Shown piece by piece: positions 1 through 10,959 of a stretch of 20,000 nucleotides of DNA (position 1 is its first letter; every line of letters starts with the position of its first letter). The translations under genes and the position numbers were made by a program. Location: the NCBI RefSeq assembly GCF_004010195.1, contig NC_057718.1:70565740-70585739 (forward strand). Reading direction: 5' to 3'. This stretch comes from Chiloscyllium plagiosum. Lineage: Eukaryota. The notes beneath the pieces are model-generated. The model saw only the letters and a program-made list of their open reading frames with translations. It searched no databases and was not told where the DNA came from.

Positions 1-2250
1 TTCAATGCTGATAGCTGCTTCAAGAATGTTGACGTTAGTATGTTTTGTTCGCCCAACGAATGTAGAGAATCTGTCTCAACAGTATTCGTGGTACTTCCCA
101 AGGGCCTTAAGGTGTTGTCCATATGTTTTCTAAGTTTCAGAGCCATATAGAAGAGTCAGGATAATGACTGCCTTATACACAAGGATCTTGGTATCAGTAC
201 CAAGGTCATGTTTGGCAAAGACTTTCATCCTTTGGGCATCCAAAGAAAGTGCTCATAAATGGATGCCTCATTAAATCTCTGCATTGATGTCAGCCTTAGC
301 TTCCCAAGTAAGGGGCATGTTCCATGTTTTGGGAGGATTTTCCATTGATCTTTAATGGATAGATGAGGCAAAATTTGACTGGGGTGAGGTTGGTAAAGGA
401 GTTGTCTTAAGATTGAGGCTGAGACTGACCAGTATGCTTCCATGTAATCATTAAGTGAGGCTTGAAGATTTGAGAACAGAGTTGACATTTCCTGGCTACT
501 GAAGTTGAGTGACGTTGGTGTCATTTTCTTCTTGGATTTTAACTAGTTAAGGTTGAAAGTTTTTCATTAATCCTGGAGAGTGACTACACCACTAGAAGTT
601 TCATCTTGACAAGATGACGAATGGTGGCAATGAAGATGGAGAAAAGGGTGGGGTGATGACTCCTTTCTGCTTGACCTCCTGACTCAACATCAGAATTGTG
701 ATATTGCTGTCTGTGAGGACCATTGCTGTCATCTGGCTGTGGATGAGACGGGATCTGATTGAATTTGACTGGGGACAGCCAGCATTTGACAGTGCTGTCA
801 TTAGCCCTTTTTTTTTTTGATTTAGCTCTGTCAAATTGGAGGCCATGTAGCATGGATGGTGTTGATCCTGGTATTCCTTTGGAGTAGCTAAGCAGTGAAA
901 ATCATATCTGTGGTTTGATTGGAAGCCACATTGACTTTCAAGCAGAATTTCCTCAGACTAGGAGACTAGCAAGGATTTGGGCAATGGAAAGTAGAGAGAT
1001 CCCTTGACAGTTCCCACAATCCACTTTGCCTCCTTTCTTGGCAATGGCAGCATCCCTGAGATCAGCTTGGCTTTCTTCTTTGTCCCAGATTTTCAGGTAC
1101 AGTTGATGGAGGTGTTCAGTAAGTCCTGATGTCCCAAGTTTAAAAATATCCCATTTATTCCTATGGCTTTTCCAATCTTCTTGTGTATTTAATGGCAGTT
1201 TCAACTTCCACCATGCTAGAGGGGAGTCCAAGACCACCATTGGAGAGTTGAGGGATTTCCCCAGACATGTTCTTGTCAACGATTGTATTGTAGTTTAGAA
1301 ATTATATTAAGTGTTCCTTCTGTTTTGGAGGCTGATGCTTTTCCCCCACAAAAAGCTTCCATCCTTACTGCATATCAGTTTGAGGCCAAGGATGTTGAGT
1401 CTGTATATTTCCTTAGCACTGAAGAAATTCCAGGTGTTCTTGTCAGCAAAGAGTTACAACTCCTTTTAGCCTTCTCGGTATTGTATTTTATTCTGGATTT
1501 CTCTCGTTCTCCTTCATAATTCCACCTTTTGTTTCAGGAGTTCTCCTCTGCCTCACTGGCAATGTTTTTTCCAGGATGGAAAGCTTTCCTCTTGTCAGTG
1601 AGGTCTTTGAGATCATTCTTTTCAAACCAGTCTTAGAGCGTCCTTGTCTTAGCTGATGGTTTCTTCACAGTATGATATGATGGCTATCTTCAGCTCTTTC
1701 CAGGTTTCCTATGCTCTGTTACGATGGAGATTTTGGTGAAGACATTGGATGTTCGCTCTTGAAGCCACTCAACCTTGAGATTTTTCTCAACTGTTTCTTT
1801 AGCTGCTTTTAGTGGTATTTGATGGGCACTAAAAGGTTGATGAACCAGTGGTCTGGCCAGTGGTCATCTGCACTGTTGTTGCTTTGGTTAAGTCAATTTT
1901 GTGCCAGTAGTTTTGATTGTGGAGGACTCCAAGAAATCTTGAACTTGTCTTTTTGGCAGGACAGTGTTGGTGATGACTGGCTGATGTTCCACACATGTGG
2001 TAAGCAGGAGAGTCCTGTTGCAGTTGCAATTCCTCACTGCTTTGTTCTCTAGTCCTTTCCAGAATTGTCCTTTCCAACCCTGGTGCTCAAGTATTCAATG
2101 GTGATTTTTATCATCTTTAGGAAGCTTCCTTTTGGGCTCATGGCATCAAAGCGTGGAGTGGAGGCAGCCATTTCCATGGCAATTTCTCAATGGAGAATCC
2201 TGACATAATAGTTGCTGCTGAGAGTCAGTTGACCAGTTTGTTCTTGATGA
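1..2250 (-). mobile_element. Decayed RTE-clade LINE (ORF2 reverse transcriptase, frameshifted; continues beyond the window start)
   Basis: Minus-strand fragments translate to RTE-type RT segments: LTEHLHQLYLKIWDKEE..DLRDAAI..KKG..DCGNCQGISLLS (ORF 953-1279), ESQCGF near 925-945, PTLFSIFIA (ORF 584-853), and KILVYKAVIILTLLYGSET near 135-190. Many stops and frameshifts. Confidence 0.85.
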
Positions 2251-2274
2251 TTAATCCAATTCTATTCATCCTGG

Positions 2275-2915
2275 GTTGCTCCTCCAGTAGATCCCTAAAG
2301 GTGTCAGCACAGGTTGGTAGGGTGATAAAAGCATGCAGATGTTTTCCTTCACTAGCTGGAGCATAAAATATAGCAGCAGGTCCTGTTGCACCTTGATAGA
2401 ACATTGGTTCAATCTCAGATGGAATGCTGTGTGCGCCATCATATTGAAAGGATGTGATTGTACTGGGGAGGGTGCAGGGGAGGTTCGCCAGGATGCTGGC
2501 TGAGTTGAAAAGATCGTGTTATGAGGAGAGGTTAGGTTTGTTTTCCTGGAGCAGAGGAGGCGGAGGTAATATCTAGTCAAAATCCTCAAAATTGAGGCAT
2601 GTATAGGTTGGGTCATGAGACAGGTCTGCCATGGGGAGAGGATTCCAAAACTATAGGGCAAACTTTGGAAGGTGAGGATTAAGTAATTTTAGTGGAGGTC
2701 TGAGGAAACCTTTTTTCATTTCATCTACAAGACGGTAGAAATATAGAATGTGCTGCCTGAGGGGGTAGTGGAGGCAGGTACTGAATGTTTTAAGAAGCAT
2801 CTGGATGAACACTTAAGATAAAGTGTGAGTGAAGGTGATTAGTATAGTTTGATGTCTATTTGGTGTATACATAGGAGGCTAAAGGACCTTTTTTTTTCTA
2901 AGCTGTATGACTGAG
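2275..2915 (+). mobile_element. Old CR1-type LINE, 3' part of ORF2 and 3' UTR
   Basis: Diverged similarity to the CR1 3' sequence at 5271-6125, in the opposite orientation (e.g. gaggagaggttaggtttgttttcctggagcagaggagg; gtggaggcaggtac..tttaagaagcatctggatg). Ends in a ctgtatgact..tatga tail. Confidence 0.75.
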
Positions 2916-3339
2916 TATGAAATAGAATATGATTGTATATTTTGTTTTTGTAATTATAATTGAAGTGGCTCTCTCTTATTAAGAGAAGACCTGAGTACAT
3001 CGCAAACAGTTTAAAGAAGGTATACCTGACTGATTCATGGGATGAAGGGACACTTACAAACATGATCCTGCTTGAAGTTGACAAGAATGGTGAAAGAATG
3101 CTATTGCTGGAGGGGAAACTAGAACTAAGCAAAGCAGTTTCAAAAGGGATCTGGAAGCTTAAAATAGAGGTGAAATAGATAAGCGATGAATGTCACAAAG
3201 GGAACCGTTTTTAACTGCCTCTAGTCTACATCTTAATTAACCTATTGGCATCTTCCTATTTGTCTTGGTAGTTCCTTTTGTTTTCAATAGCTTTTATTTT
3301 GCTCTCAGCATTGCTGACTGTCAAACCTAGTCTTAGACT

Positions 3340-3480
3340 TTGTGGAGTACTCCACAATCACCTGATGAAGGAGCAGCGCTCCAAAAGCTAGCGCTTCCAA
3401 TTAAACCTGTTGGACTATAACCTGGTGTTGTGATTTTTAACTTTGTACACCCTAGTCCAACACCGGCGTCTCCAAATCAT
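3340..3480 (+). mobile_element. Short Penelope-like terminal-repeat (pLTR) derivative with a minimal hammerhead-ribozyme motif
   Basis: cac-CTGATGA-a-GGAGC-agc-GCTCC-aAAA-gcta-gcg at 3359-3393, followed by ..aaacctgttggactataacctggtgttgtg..tccaaatcat, a common shark repeat as I recall it. Preceded by an 18-bp perfect palindrome (3340-3357). Confidence 0.7.
3359..3393 (+). ncRNA. Minimal type I hammerhead ribozyme motif, probably inactivated
   Basis: CUGAUGA core at 3362-3368 and stem II GGAGC/GCTCC at 3370-3382. The conserved GAAA reads AAAA, consistent with CpG decay of ccGAAA. Confidence 0.6.
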
Positions 3481-3955
3481 TTTCTATAAAATAATTCCAT
3501 TTTTTTGGTGCACCATATTCATAAGGAAGTCCAGGGGATATATATTCCCTAACTATCCATTATGTATCGTGAACAAATTTGAATGCTTTTCTTTTGCCAT
3601 CCTGTTGACATCAAAATTTTTTCCCTAATTTTTTTTCAGACACTGCATGTCATTTGTGTATGTAAAGTACTTCATGGATAACTTGGTGATTAGTATCAAC
3701 TCACAGCTCTGAAGTTGTGCTGCCTGTAAGGGTGATGAGTCGACTCTCCTGCTGCAGAACCAGCAAGAGTGATTTCTATTCAAGGAGAAGTTTTTATCCT
3801 GCAGCTGCTATTGTACCTGAGTTAAATGTAGGTCAGAGAGCAGGTAATGAATGCGCAAGTCTTTTGGCAAGTTAGCATCAGTCCAGAGTTTATGTACACA
3901 TAGCATGGAAAGATAAAGTGGCCAGAATTTATTTAAAATTTATTCAAATTTATTT

Positions 3956-4095
3956 CTAAATTGCCCATAGTGTTAGGTGCATTAGTCAGAGGGAATTGGG
4001 TCTGGATGGGTTAGTGTTCGGAGGGTTGGTGTGGACTTGTTGGGCTAAAGGGCCTGTTTCCATACTGTAGGGAATCTAATATTATCTAATCTAAA
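3956..4095 (+). mobile_element. HE1-type SINE, 5'-truncated (3' half)
   Basis: Matches the 3' half of the SINEs at 4141 and 19326 (ctaaattgccc..gtgtggacttgttgggc.aaagggcctgtttcca) with a (taatc)n tail. Confidence 0.85.
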
Positions 4096-4140
4096 TAGTC
4101 AAGTCCTGAGACTTGAGAGTTTTGGAAAGAAATGAGCTAA

Positions 4141-4451
4141 GGCACAGTGGTTAGCACTGCTGCCTCACAGCGCCAGAGACCCGGGTACAATTCCCGCCTC
4201 AGGCGACTGACTGACTGTGTGGAGTTTGCACATTCTCCCCGTGTCTGCGTGGGTTTCCTCCGGGTGCTCCGGTTTCCTCCCACAATCCAAAAATGTGCAG
4301 GTTAGGTGAATTGGCCATGCTAAATTGCCCGTAGTGTTATGTGAAGGGGTATATGTAGGAGAATGGGTATGGTGGGTTACGCTTCGGTGGGTCGGTGTGG
4401 ACTTGTTGGGCCAAAGGGCCTGTTTCCACACTAAGTAATCTAATCTAATCA
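4141..4451 (+). mobile_element. HE1-type tRNA-derived SINE, near full length
   Basis: tRNA-like head ggcacagtggttagcactgctgcctcacagcgccagagacccgggt, core tggagtttgcacattctccccgtgtctgcgtgggtttcctccgggtgctccggtttcctcccaca, and (taatc)n tail. Confidence 0.92.
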
Positions 4452-5270
4452 ATATTACATGAAGATAGGCTTGACAGAGGAGAGAGGTTGGTTGATCAGA
4501 AAGTTACCTTAGGATCAATAAGACAATAACTTGGGAACTGTCTATTTCAGCTAGTCAAGGAAACAAATGGAATGTGAGCCAATCAAATGACTGCGAGATG
4601 ATCGTGGAGAGAGACAGCTGGCTGCAGTTAATTTACAATGTATAGGTTGACCCCATGCTGGCACAAGAGGCAACAAGAGATCCTCTGGATAATTCTCAAT
4701 TAACTGATGGCATCGAGAGATGCCATTGTTGAGGATATTCTGACCATAACTGGATAGTTAAATCTAGGTCTAACTGAATGTCGTTTCATCAAGATGGATA
4801 ATGAAGATAATGCTGTGAATAGTTGTGTTGAAAGCTACAAACTGGTTGACGAGGATAATGCTGTATTGTAACAATTGTAGAATGTGCCCTCAGTGACTTG
4901 GCTGAATCTGAAATTTTACATTTTATTTCTTATTCAAAGAACACAAGCTTAATGTGGAAATAAATTTTTGCTCAGGTAAAAGTTTCTGAAGCTGAGCTCA
5001 GCTTCAATCAGTAAACTGCTTCCTTAAGTTCTTCAGAGCTGCGTTATTGAACCTGGGAATGGTTGCAAATATTGAATTCCGCTAATTCTCTCCACTGCTA
5101 TGTTTCTACCCACACATCAGTGACCTCTGTAATTTAGAACAACTTGTGTCAATACTGCCCAAACATTTAATCATATCTGTGTTACCCGAGACCAGAACAA
5201 GTGGATCCCCGTGACCCAAACTGCATGTTGCCTTTCCTGTGCTATCTTGTTCTTTGATCTTTCGAGAGTA

Positions 5271-6128
5271 ATCGAGTCATAGAGATGTACAGCATGGAAT
5301 CAGACCCTTCGGTCCAACCCGTCCATGCCGACCAGATATCCCAACCCAAATGTGTGCCACCTGCCAGCATCTGGCCCATATCCCTCCAAACCCTTCCTAT
5401 TCATATACCCATCCAAATGCCTCTTAAATGTTGCAATTGTATCAGCCTCCTCCACTTCCTCTGGCAGCTCATTCCAAACACATACTATTCTCTGTGTGAA
5501 AACGTTGCCCCTTAGGTCTCTCTGACTTTGTCTATTTATCCTATCCATGCCCCTCACAATTTTGTAAACCTCTATAAGGTCACCCCTCAGCCTCCGACGC
5601 TCCAGGGAAAACAGCCCGAGCCTGTTCAGCCTCTCCCTGTAGTTCAGATCCTCCAACCCTGGCAACATCCTTGTAAATCTTTTCTGAACCCTTTCAAGTT
5701 TCACAACATCTTTCCGATAGGAAGGAGACCAGAATTGCACGCAATATTCCAACAGTGGCCTGACCAATGTCCTGTACAGCCGCAACATGACCTCCCAACT
5801 CCTGTACTCTATACGTTGTCCAATAAAGGAAAGCATACACTGCCTTCACTATCCTATCTACCTGTGACTCCACTTTCAAGGAGCTATGAACCTGCACTCC
5901 AAGGTCTCTTTGTTTAGCAACACTCCCTAGGACCTTACCATTAAGTGTATAAGTCCTGCTAAGATGTGCTTTCCCAAAATGCAATGCCTCACACTTATCT
6001 GAATTAAACTCCATCTGCCACTTCTCAGCCCATTGGCCCATCTGGTAACTCTCTTCGCTGTCCACTACCCCTCCAAGTTTGGTGTCATCTGCAAACTTAC
6101 TAACTGTACCTCTTATGCTCACATCATT
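5271..6128 (-). mobile_element. Young CR1/HER1-type LINE, 5'-truncated, with internal deletions
   Basis: ORFs 5694-6140 (SKFADDTKLGG..QWAEKWQMEFN..KCE) and 5300-5836 (LYRTLVRPLLEYCVQFWSP..LERVQKRFTRMLPG..RRRLRGDLIEVYKI) are classic CR1 ORF2 C-terminus. Ends in a (ctctatga) tail and is closely similar to 14210-15180. Confidence 0.95.
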
Positions 6129-7044
6129 GGCTGAGTTCATCCTTCTAGTCCTCCTTAAATGTGGATGTATCTCCAGCTATTGTCCAACTCCATTGTACTT
6201 GCATAACTGAGGACTGAATGGGCCCAAACCAGTGCTCTCTCCTTTACGGTAACAATTGGAATGCAAGCATTAGACTCTAGATTCACTTCATGAAATTTTC
6301 TACTTTACAGAACTTCTATTCTCTGATTATTCTTAAAAAAAAAAAAATCATTCCCTCAAAAAAACCTATTGTACATGTAGGATAGAAAGCATTGATTTTT
6401 GAAAACATCCTGAACTAGTTTTAGATTTTTCATGACCTCAGCTGGCACATGACTGCAACATAGACTCTTACTATGGCTTGGTGTGTCAATATTTCCAGTT
6501 CCTAGATCTTACAATAAGGCAGTTTGGCATGGTTGATGGCTGCCATGGTAGCATCTACATTTATGACTTTGAAACCTAGCTTGGCTGACCTGGCCTGAGT
6601 CTTGTGATATCCAGTCGGTCTCCCTGCCAGCTCAGGAAAATATCTCCCTTGAAAGTTGCAACTGTCCTTTCTGCCATTTCCATGACTGTGGTCTCAACAT
6701 TGCACCTTCTTCCATGTCAAGTTCCTTTGGTCAAAATCTTGGTTGTTCTTTAAGTCTCCTATAGACTTTTCTTGTAAAAGTCATTTATCTTAATTTAAAT
6801 CATGCCCACCATGCCAAGTTTTTTAATTAAGAGTATAATCTGCAAATATTTCTTGGCAACAGCTTCCTTTAATGGACTATAAGAACCCTCAGTGAAATTT
6901 CACTGTTAGTCATGATGAGTCTAGGATGTTATTAATTTCAACATATTTCATAGTACTGCAATTTCTTAGACAACTTGGCTACAGAAAAATCAAATCCCAT
7001 CTTGGTGAGGAAAATGTTTGCTTCATCTTCTCTTTGTTCATGTA

Positions 7045-7241
7045 ACCCTGCATATCCCTGGATACTAAGGGAATTTAGTATAGCCAATCCATCTGATAGA
7101 CACATCTCTGAATTGAGAGAGAAAACCATGTAGAAATAGGAGAACATGCAAACTCCACACATGCTATCACTCGAGGTTTGAATCAAACCTGGGTTTCTGA
7201 TGCTGTGAGGCAGAGCTAGCCACAGTACCATCGTGCTGCCC
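7045..7241 (-). mobile_element. Degraded HE1-type SINE
   Basis: Reverse complement reads gggcagcacgatggtactgtggctagctctgcctcacagcatcagaaacccaggtttgattc..gtgtggagtttgcatgttctcc. Confidence 0.7.
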
Positions 7242-7843
7242 AAATATTTCTTCTTAGCCATTTTTACCATTGTGTGATGTGTTGAACCACTAAAACTGAA
7301 TATGAAGTTCACACAGAACAATCTTTAAGTTACTTAAAATTCCTTCAAATAAATTTTAGAAGCTTCAATAATGTTAATGTTTCTTCCCTCTTATTCTTTT
7401 CCCCAAAAGCTTGTATTGTTAACCATCATATTAGTGGTACTTTTAACAAATGCTTTCTTAAAATTCATAAACCAAATCCATTACATTCCTGTCTGGTCTT
7501 GTATTCTTTGCACCTTGGAGTGGGGTTTCTGTGGGACAGGGCGTGCTGTTGATCTACACTGGATGTATTTAGTTCAATTTTAACTTGGCCCAACATTCTC
7601 CTCCATTCCAAACCATAAAAGTTAAGCATCTGGCTATGTGACATCAAACAATGTTAAGATTGCTGTATCTTATTGTACATTATACCATTGACTGCAGATG
7701 ACATCTTATTTATCAAAGAGTGTCATCATGATGCCAATAGTAATAGCATCCAAGATAACCAGATGTATTTAAACGCTTTTTTTATATATGCAGTGCTGCT
7801 AATAAACTGCATTATGTATCTTACAAGAAACTAACTGTACTTG

Positions 7844-8183
7844 GGGCGGCACGGTAGCTCAGTGGTTAGCACTGCTGCCTCACAGCTCCAAGGACCTGGG
7901 TTCGATCCCAACCTTGGGTGACTGTCTGTGTGGGGTTTGTCTATTCTTCTCGTGTGTGTGTGTGTGTGTGTGTGGATTTCCTCTGGGTGCTTTGGTTTCC
8001 TCCCAGAAGTATTGGCCTTGCTAAATTGCCCATAGCTTTCAAGAAGCTGTAGGTTAGGTGCATTAGTCAGGGGTAAATATGGAGTAATCAGGTAGGGGAA
8101 TGGGTTTGGGTGGGATAACTCATCAGAGGGTGGTTGCGGGCTTCTTGGGCCTCAGGGCCTGTTTCCACACTGTAGGGATTCTA
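7844..8183 (+). mobile_element. HE1-type SINE with an internal (GT)n expansion
   Basis: gggcggcacggtagctcagtggttagcactgctgcctcacag..gggttcgatcc (A/B-box like), (GT)n at about 7952-7974, and 3' gggcctgtttccacactgtagggattcta. Confidence 0.9.
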
Positions 8184-9160
8184 AGAAAACATCTATAGAA
8201 TCAGCATGATTAAATATAGACCACTAAATTAAAGAGATACGAATTCTCATTGTAACCATGTACACTGACCTTATTTCAATCTAATATTTTATTTCTGTGC
8301 CAAGCGTTTAGTTTTTAAAAAAAAACCTGGCCTTGTCTCCTTTTTAATTGTGTACCCTGTGGTGAATGGGGAGGCCAACAAAGCTGGCAAACTTTTTAAT
8401 GAGAGAGGCTGTATACGAAGGACAAAAACAGCTGTAGTAAATAATTGTTTTTCAGACCAGAGGATTGCCTTTTGCAGACAAATCAACATTTTAATTTTGA
8501 ATCCGTTGAGACTGCTTGTTTGTTTTTCCATTGAACCATAGCTAACAAAGGGCTGGGATATAAAATATTTCCAAGCAGCAATGCACAGCCTTTCCATCTT
8601 CGGTGGTCTTGATGAAGACATTCCTCTGCCAAACCAATTTATTTATTCCCTTACTGCCTACATAAAACTGAGTGCAATATTGATATTTATTAAAGGAGTC
8701 TTCAAAAGCACTGTTGCTTTAGGCTGTCTATCAGCCCAATAACACATTTTGCTTCAAAATTGGTTGATTCCATTTAATTAGGTTCCAATGGAAATAACTC
8801 CACAGAGCCCAGTACCCTTCACCAAGTAACACTTTATGTACACATGCATGGTACTTGACACTGGCCTGGCTTCCTTGGAGCCAGCTCCGAGAGGACAAAA
8901 CCTCTAATAGTCCTCTAACAGAACCAGGTTAACTACCCTAATCAGGAAACTCATTTTGAGGTTCACCTGGCTGACCCTTGTTACAATCATTACTCTTCTA
9001 CTCCAAGTTTCAGTTGTGAACTTTTGTTCTGATGCTGTTTTCCTATCCCATGGAAAGCTCAAAGCTGAATGTAATATATAGTTCGAAAAGACTCCTGTGA
9101 ACAACTCAAATAATCCTGCAGGCTTAAAATTGATGTTTTATACTTTTTTTTTCTCTACAG

Positions 9161-9256
9161 GTAGTTAAAACAGTTGGCCTACGAGAGATCTGGTATTTTG
9201 GACTCCAGTATATAGACAACAAAGGATATCCCAACTGGTTAAAGCTTGAGAAAAAG
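9161..9256 (+). CDS. EZR: Internal coding exon of an ERM-family (ezrin/radixin/moesin) gene, most similar to ezrin; FERM F1 lobe
   Basis: Polypyrimidine tract and acceptor tttttttttctctacag|, 96-bp phase-0 open exon [32 protein letters not shown], donor AAG|gtaaat. Matches ezrin residues 33-64 ([32 protein letters not shown]) and the conserved 96-bp ERM exon. WYFG, DNKG and the Pro favour ezrin over radixin/moesin, but the paralog call is less certain than the family call. Confidence 0.93.
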
Positions 9257-9622
9257 GTAAATGCACTTTTAAGTCTTGATTATGATCAGAGTAGTTCTTT
9301 TTCATTTCAAGCAGGTGATCTTGGGGTTCCCCCCCCATCTAATTTTAATTTCATTTTTCTTTTCTCAATGGCAGGGATAAAAGTAACTTATTCAAAACTA
9401 CCCTCCTTGTTTTTGCCATCAAAGTAGAATGTGATTTAATGCTCTTCTACAGGATGTTACAGTTTAGTACTTTCATACAAAGTATGATGTTGGCTTTTGC
9501 ATGCCAAGGAATGGTTGTCATTGTGGATGTGGATTTTTCAGGTCCAGAGTACCAGGTGTAATGTAAACTTTGTGTTTGCAATATTGGTGGTAAACTGAAT
9601 TGTGCAAATTGAAAGAAGCTGG

Positions 9623-9733
9623 AGACGGTCAGGACTACAAATGCTGGAAACCAAAGTATGTCAGTGTGAAGCTGGAAAAGCACAGCAGGTTAGACAGCAT
9701 CTAAGACTACTGTGTTTTTCCAGATTCACAGCT
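9623..9733 (-). mobile_element. Short Penelope-pLTR-derived fold-back insertion with a 15-bp TSD
   Basis: Similar to 16513-16590 (gact.ca.atgctggaaacca..gctggaaaagcacagcag). Imperfect inverted arms at 9665-9730. Flanking direct repeat attgaaagaagctgg at 9608-9622 and 9734-9748. Confidence 0.75.
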
Positions 9734-10079
9734 ATTGAAAGAAGCTGGCCACTTGCTTTCTATATTTAAAGCATAGAAATCAAGAGGAAAAACTTGTTCA
9801 TTACTCAAGTTTTCAGTTTATAAATATTTTTCAAAGTTCTCAACCTCCTTGCTTTTGGGTTAATTCGACTAAAATATAGTTGCTGATTGAGGGATATAAC
9901 CATGAAAGTCTTGCATTGACGCACGTGATCAATCACCCAGTTCTATGCACATTAGCTTGTTGCTAAAACAATCCAATAATATTCAGTCTGTTACCCCTGG
10001 TTGTACCATAACTTTCCTGTGGTGAGTATTCCATATGCTAACAAAGCTTTGCTATTTTTCGTCGGTGCAGAAAAGAAGC

Positions 10080-10780
10080 TAATTATTTAGCCTGTTGTTC
10101 CTGTGCCAGCAATCTGAAAGATTTGTCCACTGAGTACCATTTCTACAATATCCTCAAACTTTGTAAATTTTCCTTCAACTTTTTATCAAGTTCTTGATTC
10201 TGCTCCCACTGCCTCTTTTAGATCCTAGATCATGGTTGGAAAAAACTGTATGTCACGAAGTCCTCTGAATTGTCACACGGCTGTCATGCTGATTTGTGTA
10301 GAGTGTTGTGACCAAATAGATGCTTGGCGTTTTAATGTTTACGACAACAGCATATTGCATTAATTGCATTCTTTAATTTTAAAATGTTTAAAAGGAGTTA
10401 AAATTGTGTTGATCATTTTCTTTAAAGATCAAAATTCAACTTTGTGAACCACTTCTGACAATATAATTTAAACCAATATTCAATTTAAAGCTGCCTAATT
10501 GAAAATCCATCTTGTGTATTGATCTTGAACAGCTGCATCAAGTCTCTCCAACTGGGCTTTGCCATCCCTAGTACTGTCCTAGTCCATCTCTTCTGTCCCC
10601 TTTCTCAGGCAATGAAATCATTCTTAAAATGTGCCTAGAATTGAATGCAGCACAGTAACTTAAATCTAAAATATATTTTTGGAAAGGTTTAGCATAACTT
10701 TGTACTGTGCTTCTATAAAGCCAAGAGCTTATGTTTCACACTAACTTCAAATATTTGTGTGCACATTTCTCCTCCTCACA
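10080..10780 (-). mobile_element. Highly decayed CR1-type LINE fragments
   Basis: Weak similarity to the CR1 minus-strand 3' region (ttgattctgctcccactgcctc; ccctagtactgtcctagt..atcattcttaaaatgtg..cctagaattgaatgcag; cttctataaagccaag). Confidence 0.45.
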
Positions 10781-10959
10781 GACAGCTACCATACTCCCTT
10801 AGTAAAACTGTATTAGTACTTGTTACAGAAATGCACCACATGGTGCTTTCCAGAGCCCTTGTTTGTCCTGTCCAATTGCATCCTACGTCATTTATCTGGA
10901 TTGCATTCTGTTTGACTTTTGGTAAAAGGGAGTAAGTTTTTAAAGGTGATATAAAACAA

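Noticed and set aside
2960..3178. 72-aa purine-rich ORF
   Set aside because: Non-ATG start, no recognisable domain or splice context. Probably a decayed repeat.
4165..4452. 95-aa ORF (..DCGRKPEHPEETHADTGRMCKLHT..)
   Set aside because: Antisense translation of an HE1 SINE, a common spurious protein.
6440..6780. Possible decayed LINE endonuclease fragment on the minus strand
   Set aside because: Similarity too weak to assign by eye.
7844..7925. tRNA-like sequence with A/B boxes (also at 4141, 12731 and 19325)
   Set aside because: These are SINE heads continuing into the HE1 body, not tRNA genes.
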